Assembly: GCA_035546615.1 (NCBI GenBank)
Contig: DASZWM010000006.1
Coordinates: 144,417-208,416, forward strand
Origin: Minisyncoccota bacterium
GTDB taxonomy: Bacteria; Patescibacteriota; Minisyncoccia; Phycocordibacterales; SBAW01
Direction of reading: 5' to 3'
DNA length: 64,000 nucleotides
In this document: positions 55,482-64,000 of the stretch, one piece after another
Layout: each line of letters opens with the position of its first letter
Position numbering within the stretch: position 1 is the first letter of the stretch
Translations under genes and position numbers: made by a program
The notes under the pieces: model-generated
The model's database searches: none
What the model saw: the letters and a program-made list of their open reading frames with translations, nothing else
Told to the model about the DNA's origin: nothing

Positions 55482-56480
55482 CTACCTCAGGTATTTCTGC
55501 TTTGCAGCCAGGTGCTGTGAATAGGTGGCGCTGTAGTACATGTTGCCGCTCGAGTCCGACAGATAGTACAGGTAGCTGGTCTCGATCGGCGTGACCGCGG
55601 CCAGTATGGCGTCCAGGCTCGGGTTGGCGATGGGCCCGGGCGGGAGCCCTTTATTAGTGTAGGTGTTGTAGGGCGAGTCCGTCTTAAGGTCGGTCTTCGT
55701 GAGCGTGTACGAGTTCTTGCCGATGATGTACGGGAATACGGCGTCCACCTGGAGCGGCATGCCGAGCTTGATGCGCTTCCAGAGAATGCCGGCAATGACG
55801 CGGCGGTCATACGTCTCAGGCGCTTCGCGCTCCAAAAGCGATGCCATCACGACAACGTCCGATAAAGGCTTTCCGAACGCGTCCAGCTGCTTCTGGATGC
55901 TCGCTATATGGGTGGCGAAATTGTTGGCGAACGCGCCAAGTATCGCGTGTGCGTCCTGCCCGGGCATGAAGAAGTACGTGTCGGGGAACAAGTAGCCTTC
56001 TTTGCCGCGCGCTTCGCGCATGAACGCGGCCAGGTCGAAGCCGGGGATGCTTTTCTGCAGCTGGGCGCCGATATCCTCCACCGTCGCGCCCTCAAGCACG
56101 CGCACGCGCGCGGGCTCCACCTCGAAGTCCCCCGCCCCCAGCCTCCGCGCGACCGACCATACGTTCTCCTTGTCGGGGAAAAAGTATTCCCCCGCTATCA
56201 CATGGTGCTGGGTGCCGGCGGTGCGCACGAGCCCCTGGAACATCCACTCGGAGCGGATGATGCCGCGGGTCTTGAGAATGTCGGCGGCCTCAGCCAAGGT
56301 CGATCCGGACGGGATATTCACGTACGCGCCGGTCGGGAACTGGAACGGCGCCGCTAAGAAAGCGAAGTATATGAGCAGAATGACGGCCGCGGTCCCGCCC
56401 GCCCAGCGCACGGGATAGCGCCGCATGCTGCGTCGCATGCGGTAGAAGATGTTCAGGAAAAAATTCTTGATGGATCGCAT
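55482..56480 (-). CDS. mltG: Endolytic murein transglycosylase MltG (YceG family)
   Basis: TM anchor plus YceG-like domain. Start trimmed to MRSIKNF. Confidence 0.75.
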   Translation of the reverse strand: MRSIKNFFLNIFYRMRRSMRRYPVRWAGGTAAVILLIYFAFLAAPFQFPTGAYVNIPSGSTLAEAADILKTRGIIRSEWMFQGLVRTAGTQHHVIAGEYFFPDKENVWSVARRLGAGDFEVEPARVRVLEGATVEDIGAQLQKSIPGFDLAAFMREARGKEGYLFPDTYFFMPGQDAHAILGAFANNFATHIASIQKQLDAFGKPLSDVVVMASLLEREAPETYDRRVIAGILWKRIKLGMPLQVDAVFPYIIGKNSYTLTKTDLKTDSPYNTYTNKGLPPGPIANPSLDAILAAVTPIETSYLYYLSDSSGNMYYSATYSQHLAAKQKYLR

Positions 56481-56490
56481 AGGAGCTGTA

Positions 56491-57891
56491 TCAGCGGGCC
56501 GAAGAGGCGCGTATGCCGGTCGGCAGGTTCGCCGGAGCTTCCGAGCGCTTGGAAGCCACGCGCTCAAGCCCCGGCGGCGCGGTCTTGGAGTTCGGGAAAT
56601 GCCATAGGGTAGCGAGCTCTTCGGTGTTCATGAATACCGGCACCTGGTCGTACGGCACGTAAAAATATGCGCGGTTCTTGTAGAACTCATAGGTCTGCTT
56701 CTTTATGTAGCGCTTGCGGATATCGTGAAAGTCCTGCCACGGGTAGTCGAATATCGCCATCCCGCGGGTCGGGTTTATCTGGTTGTAGTCGTTTGAGCGC
56801 ACCGGGTCAAACAAGCGCACGAGCGAGCCGATATTGACCGGATTGAACCGCCCTTTCTTGGAAATATACACGCCGCGCATGCCGCACTCGAACGTGAGCT
56901 TGCCCATGGCTTTCTCTATCGCCTCCACCCGGCGGCGCTCCGACTCGGTCAAAAGCGTGAGCCCGCGCGCCTGCGCCTGCGCCTGCTTTTCGGGGTCCTC
57001 GCCGACCAGCTTCTTGGCGCGCTCCCCCGCCACTTTGACCATCTTGTCTATCTCGGCCTTGCCGCCGTCCTTGTAGTGATCGTGCTTGTAGTCGTAGAAC
57101 CCGAACCATTCGTCTTTCTTGCGGGCCTTCATGATTATCTGGAGCCATAAGTACTCGCCTTCGCCCACATGCGAGAAATATTCCAGGATATTCGTTATCG
57201 GGTCCACCTGAATCTCGGGCGTATCCGGATTCTTGTCGAGCGCGTAATCCACGTAGGTCTTTATCGGCACCGCGCCGGCCTGCGCCTTGGAGTATTCGGT
57301 GCCCCACAGGTCGTAGTCGTCCAGGTTGAAGTTGACCTTTGCGGCGTAATCTTCCGCAAGCGTTATTTTCGCCTCGGGGTACTGGCCGTACAGGCGCGCT
57401 TCGATGACGTTGCGCCAGCTCTGGCGCGTGTGGATGTAATAGCTCACGCGGCCCTCGTTGGATGCGATCTCCAGCGCCCATACTGGCCGGAACTGGCCCT
57501 TCCAGATGCGCGCGATGAAGGTGCTTTCGCCGCCGGAGTTCCACAGGGTGGTCAGGAAGAGCTCCATCGAGAGCGGGGATTTTTCCACTTCGGGCGGCAG
57601 CTGCACTTCAAGCAGGATATGCTCCTGCGAGAACCAGAACTGGAAGCGGATGTATTCGATCCAGCTCGTCCAGAAGAAGCTCACGATGAAGAGGGGCACC
57701 CACACCGGCGAAATGGCGGCGGTCGCAAGCGCCGCCGCCTTGACCGCGGCCGGGTCCACCGACAGCGCGGCTACGAGGAAGATGACGAACGCGACGGGCG
57801 CCACGACCAGAGCCTCGATATGGTAGCCCGCCAATCCGATCTTCAGGCTGTCGTCATTGCCGAACTTATGCGACCACTCGTGGAACAGCAT
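56491..57891 (-). CDS. Hypothetical membrane protein (466 aa), unknown family
   Basis: N-terminal TM segments followed by a large soluble domain. No motif recognised. Confidence 0.5.
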   Translation of the reverse strand: MLFHEWSHKFGNDDSLKIGLAGYHIEALVVAPVAFVIFLVAALSVDPAAVKAAALATAAISPVWVPLFIVSFFWTSWIEYIRFQFWFSQEHILLEVQLPPEVEKSPLSMELFLTTLWNSGGESTFIARIWKGQFRPVWALEIASNEGRVSYYIHTRQSWRNVIEARLYGQYPEAKITLAEDYAAKVNFNLDDYDLWGTEYSKAQAGAVPIKTYVDYALDKNPDTPEIQVDPITNILEYFSHVGEGEYLWLQIIMKARKKDEWFGFYDYKHDHYKDGGKAEIDKMVKVAGERAKKLVGEDPEKQAQAQARGLTLLTESERRRVEAIEKAMGKLTFECGMRGVYISKKGRFNPVNIGSLVRLFDPVRSNDYNQINPTRGMAIFDYPWQDFHDIRKRYIKKQTYEFYKNRAYFYVPYDQVPVFMNTEELATLWHFPNSKTAPPGLERVASKRSEAPANLPTGIRASSAR

Positions 57892-57929
57892 GTACCACCA
57901 TTGTAGAATAGTTTGTATACTATACCTAT

Positions 57930-58295
57930 ATGCCGGTGTTAATTGAGGGCGTCATCTCCAACCCCTACACCCTGGTCGTGGTCGCGCTCAGTTTGGCCGG
58001 CGCGTTCGCGTTCATCACCTTTCTGCGCGGGACGCTGAGCGGGCTCAAGCAGCTGACGACCATAAACGAGAACGCCGAGGAGCTCGAGCATTTCCGCACG
58101 TACGCCATCTGGGGCGTCGCGCTTATGGCGTTCTGGTTCGCGCTCTGGGAAACGATACGGGTCGTGCTGGCCTTCGTACAGGGCGAGCCTATGCCGCCCG
58201 GGCTTTGGGTAGCCGCGATATTCGCGGCGGGCACGGTTATCTATCTTTTGAAATTAGCGTTCGGAAAAGGGGGCGGAGGCGGCGGGCATCATTAG
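57930..58295 (+). CDS. Hypothetical membrane protein (121 aa, Gly-rich C-terminus)
   Basis: Four hydrophobic segments. Followed by a terminator. Confidence 0.45.
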   Translation: MPVLIEGVISNPYTLVVVALSLAGAFAFITFLRGTLSGLKQLTTINENAEELEHFRTYAIWGVALMAFWFALWETIRVVLAFVQGEPMPPGLWVAAIFAAGTVIYLLKLAFGKGGGGGGHH

Positions 58296-58302
58296 GCAAA
58301 AC

Positions 58303-58330
58303 AAAAAAGCCCCTAACCGGGGCTTTTTTG
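58303..58330. terminator. Bidirectional rho-independent terminator
   Basis: AAAAAAGCCCC-taacc-GGGGCTTTTTT. Confidence 0.85.
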
Positions 58331-58343
58331 CTGCTGTGAAATA

Positions 58344-59387
58344 TTATTTTACCAGGATGAACTTGTTGTCCTTGCCGCGCTTGAAATATTTCTGGTTCTG
58401 GAGGTTCACTGCGACGGTGCCCGGCTTCACATGGCGCTCCTTGAGCACCTTCTCGATTATCTGATCCTTGGTCAAGGGGCCCTGCTCGCGCAGGATATTG
58501 CGGATGACGTCGCGCACGACGCCGGAGGCATAGCCCCACTCCTTGAGCGCGTACATGCCGCGGCCAACGAGCACGAAGCGGTCGTCCTTGATGAGTTCGT
58601 TGTGGGTCGTCGCTACGTGCGCGGCGCGATTGAACATTTTTTCGATGAGCTGCGATACTTCGCGGAAGTGAAGCGGCGAGCCGTGCTTCTTAACGGCAAG
58701 GTACGCATAGTCGCGCACGCCCTTGGTCTTTACGTTCGGAGACGCGGAGTGGCCCCACTCGCCCAGCGGGTTCTTGCCGATGCGCTTGGAGATGGAGAGC
58801 CAGCGGCGCAGGACCTCGTCGTTGCGGTGCTTGTCGTTGATGTCCTGGAGCTCCTTGAGGAAGCGGTCGATCATCTCGCCTTCCGGGATGAGGTCCTCGT
58901 CGGAAAGGCCCTCGTACAGGCGCTTCAGCGCGCCCTCTACCTTGTCGGCCAGGCCCGGGTCCACGTACCAGCAGCGCTCTACTTCGTCATCCTCCTTGCG
59001 GTATTTGAACGGGTCGCCGAGCACGAGCAAAAAGTAAATGTGGTTCTGGAGGCCCTGGTCCTTCGTTATGAAATCAAGCAGGTCCTGCTCGCAGACGATG
59101 CCGCCGAGGGAATCCACAATGCGCTCAAGCTCGTGGAATGCGGCATTTGCCTCGGCAAAAGAAGGAGATTTCTTAAGTGCGGCAAGGGCGTGGTTCTCTA
59201 TCTGGCGGACGCGCTCGCGGGTAATGCCCCAGCGCTTGCCGATCGCCTCAAGCGTGACCTTCTCGGTATTGGTGCCGAGGCCGAAGCGGGCCTCAAGGAC
59301 GGTGCGGGAACGCTCAGGGAGCGTCGTGAGGAGTTTCTTAACTATCGCCTTGGGCTTAAAGCCCGTTTTGTCCCCTGTTTGTGGCAT
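58344..59387 (-). CDS. Sigma-70 region-4-like HTH domain protein with large C-terminal domain of unknown function
   Basis: N-terminal LPERSRTVLEARFGL...TLEAIGKRWGITRERVRQIENHAL matches sigma70 region 4. No regions 2 or 3. Confidence 0.55.
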   Translation of the reverse strand: MPQTGDKTGFKPKAIVKKLLTTLPERSRTVLEARFGLGTNTEKVTLEAIGKRWGITRERVRQIENHALAALKKSPSFAEANAAFHELERIVDSLGGIVCEQDLLDFITKDQGLQNHIYFLLVLGDPFKYRKEDDEVERCWYVDPGLADKVEGALKRLYEGLSDEDLIPEGEMIDRFLKELQDINDKHRNDEVLRRWLSISKRIGKNPLGEWGHSASPNVKTKGVRDYAYLAVKKHGSPLHFREVSQLIEKMFNRAAHVATTHNELIKDDRFVLVGRGMYALKEWGYASGVVRDVIRNILREQGPLTKDQIIEKVLKERHVKPGTVAVNLQNQKYFKRGKDNKFILVK

Positions 59388-59450
59388 ATATGTGTGTTCT
59401 AATATATCACACTCTAAAATCCTGTCAAACCCGGCCCTGCCGCAAAGAAG

Positions 59451-62300
59451 TTAGTGCACCACGAAACTTATGACCTTACCAGGAACATACACCGCCTTTA
59501 CCTCCTTGCCAAGGGCGAGCCATTTAGCCACCCCGGCCTCGCCGCGGGCTGCCGCTAGAGCCTCTTCCTCCCCCGCCGAAGCGGGGATATCCACAGTGGC
59601 ACGCAGCTTCCCGTTCACTTGGACCGCAATTTTAGCGGTAGCGGAGACTATTTTTGCAGCATCGAATCGGGGCCACGGAATTTCATGTATCGCAGCGCTT
59701 TCGCCCATTCCCTCCCACAGCTCGGATGCAATGTGCGGCGCAAGCGGATACAGCATCTGCAAAAATATTTTGTATGCCTCTCGGGGAACCGAAGGAAGTT
59801 CGGCAAGCGCGTTGAGCAATATCATCAAGCTCGAAATGGCGGTATTCATTTTAAGCCCGTCGAGATCTTCCCCGACTTTCTTGATGGTCTGATGCAAAAG
59901 CGTCTCCGTCTTCGCATCAAGCGCCCCATCGCCTACCTCAAGCTTCCACACGCGCTCCAGGAACCGGCGCGTGCCGATGATATTCTGCGAACTCCACGGC
60001 TTGTGCGTTTCAAGCGGGCCCATGAACATCTCGTAGAGCCGCAACGTGTCGGCGCCGTACGTTTCCGTGATGTCCATCGGGTTTACCACGTTGCCGAACG
60101 ACTTGCTCATCTTGCGGCCGTCCTCCCCGCCGATAAGCCCCTGGTGCCGAAGCTTGAGGAACGGCTCAGTGAAATCAATAAGCCCATGCTTTTGAAGCGC
60201 TTTGGTGATGAAGCGCGAGTACAAGAGGTGCAGCACCGTATGCTCGGCGCCGCCGACGTACAAGTCTACCGGCAGCCACTTCTGTATAGCCTCAGGACTC
60301 GCAAACGCTGTTTCGTTATGCGGGTCGCCAAAACGGAAATAGTACCAAGAAGAACATACAAAAGTATCCATCGTGTCTATTTCGGGCTTCCAGCCTTTTC
60401 CGAATATCTTTTCCGTGCGCTCAAGCAATTCTTTCGACTGTCCGAGCGGCGAGGTGCCCTTGGGGCTGAACTCGACGTCGGTGGGCAGCATCCACGGCAG
60501 ATGTTCCTCCGGAATGGGATGCGGCTTGCCTTCCGGGTCATAGACCACGGGTATAGGCGCGCCCCAATACCGCTGGCGGGAAATAAGCCAGTCGCGCAGG
60601 CGGTAGGTCGTGACCCACTTGCCGCCGACGAAGTCGGTTATCTTCTTCTTGGCTTCTTCAGATTCAAGGCGAGTAAATTTGCCGGAGTTCGAGAGCGTAC
60701 CGTAACCGGTATAGATATCCTGCTCGCCCAAGAGCCAGCGCAGCGCATGCAAGTGCGTATCCGGGGTCAGGAACTTCTTAAGCTCGTCAGCGGTAAGCCA
60801 AAGCACTTCATGTATTGCCTGCTCGTTTTGGGCGACTTCCGCGCGCGCGTCGCTCTGGAGCTCCAGATATACGACGTGCGCGTGCGCGTTTCGATTGGTC
60901 TTCTTCGGCACATGGTAGAACTTCCCGTGCACGACGCCGAAATCCCGCACGAATTTAGCATCCGTATAGCCGACTTCTTCGGCAAGCTCGGCCTTGGCTG
61001 CCGTCTCGGGAGTCTGACCCGGCTCGATACCGCCGGTTATGAACGTGCCCCAGGCGACCTGCTTCCACTTGAGCGCGATATATTTGTCTTCCTGCCAATG
61101 CTTAACAATGGCGATTATCGCTTCGCGATGGTCGAACGGCTCGCCTTCGCGGATTTTCCCCGGTTCTGTCCCCTGCTCATAGGTCGGCTCAATAACTTCT
61201 TTGATCGGAATATTGAATTTCTTCGCGAACTGATAGTCGCGCTCGTCGTGGGCAGGCACGGCCATGATGGCTCCGGTGCCGTAGCCGCCCAGCACATAGT
61301 CGGCCACATATATCGGAATCTCTTCCTTGTTCGCGGGGTTGATAGCTTTCACTCCCTTCAGTTCTACGCCTGTCTTGTCCTTCTGTTCTTCCTGACGCTC
61401 CAAGTCAGTTTTATTCTTTGCAGCGGCAACGTATGTTTCCACTTCCTCTTTATTTTCCAGATTTTCCGCGAGGGACGCTACCAAAGCATGCTCCGGCGCC
61501 AGCACCAGATACGTCGCGCCGAACAAAGTATCCGGCCGAGTAGTGAATACCGTAATTCTGGACTTCGTAAGTCCAGATACTTCAAAATCTATCTCCGCGC
61601 CCTCAGAGCGGCCAATCCAGTTGCGCTGCGCTATCTTGGTAGACTCCGGCCAGTCGACCTGGTCAAGGTCGTTTGCAAGCGCGTCGGAGAATTCGGTGAT
61701 CTTGAAGAACCACTGCGCGAGATCCTTCTGGATGACCTTCGTGCCGCACCGCACGCACACGCCCTTTTCGCCCGTCTCGCTTACCGTCTGCTCGTTGGCG
61801 AGCACCGTCTGGTCCTTGGGGCACCAGTTCACCTTGGCCATGCGCTTTTCGGCCAGGCCATTGTTGTATAGAAAGAGGAAGAACCACTGCGTCCATTTGT
61901 AGTACTCGGGCGTGTGCGTGCCTATCTCGCGCGACCAGTCATATGAGAGGCCCAGGCTCTTTATCTGCGCGCGGAATGCGTTTATAGACTCTTCAGTCGT
62001 CTTAACGGGCGGAACGCCGGTCTTGATGGCGTAGTTCTCCGCCGGCAGGCCAAACGCGTCCCAGCCCATCGGGTGCAGCACGTTGAACCCCTGCATACGC
62101 TTGAAGCGGCTATAGATGTCGGTGGCGGTGTAGCCCTCGACATGGCCAACATGAAGTCCTGCGCCCGAAGGGTACGGGAACATATCGAGCACGTACAATT
62201 TTTCCTTTTTGGAGTCTTCGTCAGCCTTGAACGCCTGGGATTCTTCCCAGCGCTTCTGCCACTTCTTTTCTACAGCCTTGTGGTCGTACTTGCCAGCCAT
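59451..62300 (-). CDS. leuS: Leucyl-tRNA synthetase with inserted Nudix-like domain
   Basis: HVGH (HIGH-type), CP1 editing domain (TTRPDT), YRLRDW, KMSKS. ~150 extra residues sit between the CP1 end and YRLRDW. Confidence 0.9.
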   Translation of the reverse strand: MAGKYDHKAVEKKWQKRWEESQAFKADEDSKKEKLYVLDMFPYPSGAGLHVGHVEGYTATDIYSRFKRMQGFNVLHPMGWDAFGLPAENYAIKTGVPPVKTTEESINAFRAQIKSLGLSYDWSREIGTHTPEYYKWTQWFFLFLYNNGLAEKRMAKVNWCPKDQTVLANEQTVSETGEKGVCVRCGTKVIQKDLAQWFFKITEFSDALANDLDQVDWPESTKIAQRNWIGRSEGAEIDFEVSGLTKSRITVFTTRPDTLFGATYLVLAPEHALVASLAENLENKEEVETYVAAAKNKTDLERQEEQKDKTGVELKGVKAINPANKEEIPIYVADYVLGGYGTGAIMAVPAHDERDYQFAKKFNIPIKEVIEPTYEQGTEPGKIREGEPFDHREAIIAIVKHWQEDKYIALKWKQVAWGTFITGGIEPGQTPETAAKAELAEEVGYTDAKFVRDFGVVHGKFYHVPKKTNRNAHAHVVYLELQSDARAEVAQNEQAIHEVLWLTADELKKFLTPDTHLHALRWLLGEQDIYTGYGTLSNSGKFTRLESEEAKKKITDFVGGKWVTTYRLRDWLISRQRYWGAPIPVVYDPEGKPHPIPEEHLPWMLPTDVEFSPKGTSPLGQSKELLERTEKIFGKGWKPEIDTMDTFVCSSWYYFRFGDPHNETAFASPEAIQKWLPVDLYVGGAEHTVLHLLYSRFITKALQKHGLIDFTEPFLKLRHQGLIGGEDGRKMSKSFGNVVNPMDITETYGADTLRLYEMFMGPLETHKPWSSQNIIGTRRFLERVWKLEVGDGALDAKTETLLHQTIKKVGEDLDGLKMNTAISSLMILLNALAELPSVPREAYKIFLQMLYPLAPHIASELWEGMGESAAIHEIPWPRFDAAKIVSATAKIAVQVNGKLRATVDIPASAGEEEALAAARGEAGVAKWLALGKEVKAVYVPGKVISFVVH
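60729..61220 (-). other. Nudix-fold insertion within leuS
   Basis: GGIEPGQTPETAAKAELAEEVGY aligns to the Nudix box GX5EX7REUXEEXGU, with Glu->Gln and Arg->Ala substitutions. Confidence 0.6.
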
Positions 62301-62337
62301 GTGCTATACAAAGTACCACACAATTCTTAAAAGAAAA

Positions 62338-62763
62338 CTACCGAACCGTGCCGAAGTATATTTGGTTAGTTTTCTGCGCATCAATGCAATGCTGGTCGCC
62401 CACAATGAGAGGACTCGGTAATGATTTTTGCGAATACCAACTCCATTTCTCACATGAACTATACTGCGTGACTATAGGTTCTCCGGACTTCCATTCTGCG
62501 ATAACCCCAATATCTAAATAATGTGAACCTTCCCAGCTAAGCACGTTCTGAAATGCAACGACTTTAGGATTTTGGATTTCGATGCCGGCTTCCTCACGGG
62601 CCTTACGTATAGCGCACTCCTCTAGTGACTCGCCGAACTGCAAGCGGCCACCGGGACCGGCATATTCTTGCTTCCCATCACCGCGGACGCGCTTACCGAA
62701 AAGGATTTCTCCGTTTTTGTATATAACTACTCCGACAACCACCTGCGGCTGCGGTTTCTCCAT
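62338..62763 (-). CDS. Nudix hydrolase
   Basis: Canonical Nudix box GPGGRLQFGESLEECAIRKAREEAGI. AT-richer than its neighbours. Confidence 0.8.
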   Translation of the reverse strand: MEKPQPQVVVGVVIYKNGEILFGKRVRGDGKQEYAGPGGRLQFGESLEECAIRKAREEAGIEIQNPKVVAFQNVLSWEGSHYLDIGVIAEWKSGEPIVTQYSSCEKWSWYSQKSLPSPLIVGDQHCIDAQKTNQIYFGTVR

Positions 62764-62765
62764 AT

Positions 62766-63728
62766 CTATTGCGCCGCCTTATTGAACGGCGGGAAGAAGT
62801 CCGGGTCTATCGAGCGCACGAAGCAGGTGCGGCCCGCGCCGTGGTCCCAATCCGCATCGCCTACTACTCCGTATGCGCGCGGAGCGGCCGTCGGGCGGGC
62901 GGATATGCCGGTGGCGACCGTATTCTCTTTGTTCGGCGCCGCGAATGTCGCGCATAGCTCAAAGCCGAGGTCCGCGTCTTTTATATATTCGTACTCCATG
63001 CCGGTTTCCGGGTCCTTAGGGATGTCGAAGTACAGCGTCGGGTCCTCAAGCTGGGCCAGCACGCTCGGAAGCATCTGCTTCTGCTGGTAGAAAGACAGCA
63101 CTTGCGACTGGATGTTCTGCAGGTCCTGCACGCGCTGGTTGTCGAGCCGCATCACGCGCGCTTCCCAAGGAGTTCCGATGATAAAGAAGCCTGCGGCAAT
63201 GGAAAGGACGATAAGTACAAGCACGCTCCACCCCACCGAGCGGGCGCGCGCCGGATATTTGACCCAGAAGCCCCAGATGTCGGCTAGGAAGTGCATGAAG
63301 CCGCCGCCCGCGACCAATAGCACCACAAGCACCTTCAGGATAAAGCGTACGGTAATGTCCTGGCCGGATAGGAAGTAGTAGATGAACGTGATGAGGTCGC
63401 CCGCGATAGTGAGCCCCGCGATGAAAACCGTCAGGTACAGCGCCCAGCGGCGCACCCACACGTCGCTGCGCGAAGGATCCTCGGCAATGTCGCGGCGTAT
63501 GGCGCGCATGAGTATCAGGAACGCCGGAAAGAGCACGATGAGCGATGCGATCTCAAACGAGACTGAGCCTTGGTACGGGTCCCACGTGTAATAGCTCAGC
63601 GCGTCCGGAAACGCGTAGTTGATGTAATCGATAAGGAGACGGATGAACGCGATGGCGCTGCCGTAAAGCATAAGCATGGCACCGGCCCACAAAAAGAAAT
63701 CCTTCGGCGTCGCTTTTGGTGTTTGCAT
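62766..63728 (-). CDS. Hypothetical polytopic membrane protein (320 aa)
   Basis: ~7 TM segments plus a C-terminal soluble domain. Confidence 0.5.
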   Translation of the reverse strand: MQTPKATPKDFFLWAGAMLMLYGSAIAFIRLLIDYINYAFPDALSYYTWDPYQGSVSFEIASLIVLFPAFLILMRAIRRDIAEDPSRSDVWVRRWALYLTVFIAGLTIAGDLITFIYYFLSGQDITVRFILKVLVVLLVAGGGFMHFLADIWGFWVKYPARARSVGWSVLVLIVLSIAAGFFIIGTPWEARVMRLDNQRVQDLQNIQSQVLSFYQQKQMLPSVLAQLEDPTLYFDIPKDPETGMEYEYIKDADLGFELCATFAAPNKENTVATGISARPTAAPRAYGVVGDADWDHGAGRTCFVRSIDPDFFPPFNKAAQ

Positions 63729-63766
63729 GGCTCAAGTATAAGCCCTTTTAGCGCTGTGGATATGGA

Positions 63767-63795
63767 TTGACAAATATATTATTTGGGTGTATAAT
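63767..63795 (+). promoter_or_regulatory. Consensus sigma70 promoter TTGACA-17-TGTATAAT (second copy of the cassette)
   Basis: 31 of 33 positions identical to the cassette at 20035. Confidence 0.6.
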
Positions 63796-63831
63796 AGATA
63801 CTGTGCTTAACGTTCATTGAGGAGGTTGACT

Positions 63832-64000
63832 ATGGCCGCACAGGTCATTGATTCCAATTCGACTTCGCACGCGGGAGAGAAGGAGCCTTCGGCCTTCGTC
63901 TACTACCTCTCATTGGCGGTGGCAGGCGGGGTGGGACTTTCGCTCGGCGCGTACGCGGTAGGTGTTCGCTTGATCGAGCTCGGCTTCGACAAGTGGCTCG
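63832..64000 (+). CDS. Hypothetical membrane protein (5' partial, continues past the window)
   Basis: GAGGAGG Shine-Dalgarno 7 nt upstream. Hydrophobic. Confidence 0.5.
   Translation, partial: MAAQVIDSNSTSHAGEKEPSAFVYYLSLAVAGGVGLSLGAYAVGVRLIELGFDKWL

Noticed and set aside
1-64000. CRISPR arrays, transposases or integrases, rRNA
   Set aside because: No regularly spaced direct repeats, no DDE or tyrosine-recombinase-like ORFs, and no rRNA-like segments were seen.

Overview
High-GC (~60%) compact bacterial chromosomal segment, about 90% coding, mostly on the minus strand. Inference only: a reduced-genome lineage, possibly CPR/Patescibacteria-like, suggested by a minimal dcw cluster, short ribosomal proteins and a truncated AlaRS.

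What I can support:
- Housekeeping genes: recR-dnaB; cysS; corA; rplI/rpmA; gltX; murG-ftsW-mraY-dacB-scpB-scpA; aspS-trpS; the grpE-dnaK-(ABC exporter)-dnaJ heat-shock operon; an rplM-rpsI operon; an infA-rpmJ-rpsM-rpsK-rpsD-rpoA-rplQ cluster; alaS, pepF, ung, ogt, mnmA, mltG, leuS.
- One tRNA-Pro(GGG).
- Many E. coli-like sigma70 promoters (TTGACA-17-TATAAT), often with very short leaders, and many clear rho-independent terminators.

No rRNA, CRISPR array, transposase or integrase was found.

Observations worth a second look:
1. A roughly 150-aa Nudix-fold domain with a recognisable but substituted Nudix box is inserted inside leuS, directly next to a stand-alone AT-richer Nudix hydrolase gene.
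2. Two AT-rich (~40-45% GC) islets look horizontally acquired. One carries an S49/SDH-family serine protease plus a 485-bp non-coding stretch containing a G9 tract. The other carries an alpha/beta hydrolase, a flavin amine oxidase and a small unknown gene, and appears fused onto the 3' end of aspS.
3. A ~520-bp ORF-free, GC-rich, hairpin-rich region abuts the 3' end of tRNA-Pro. It could be an unannotated structured RNA or the remnant of an integrated element.
4. A near-identical 33-bp consensus promoter cassette occurs twice, about 43.7 kb apart.
5. An ATP-cone + Mrr-like nuclease gene sits near a DNA-repair cluster (UNG, a Cas4-like Fe-S nuclease, a stand-alone MGMT domain).
6. Where secY-adk-map would normally precede infA, two unknown genes sit instead.

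All functional calls rest on motif-level recognition of the translated ORFs. No database search was possible.
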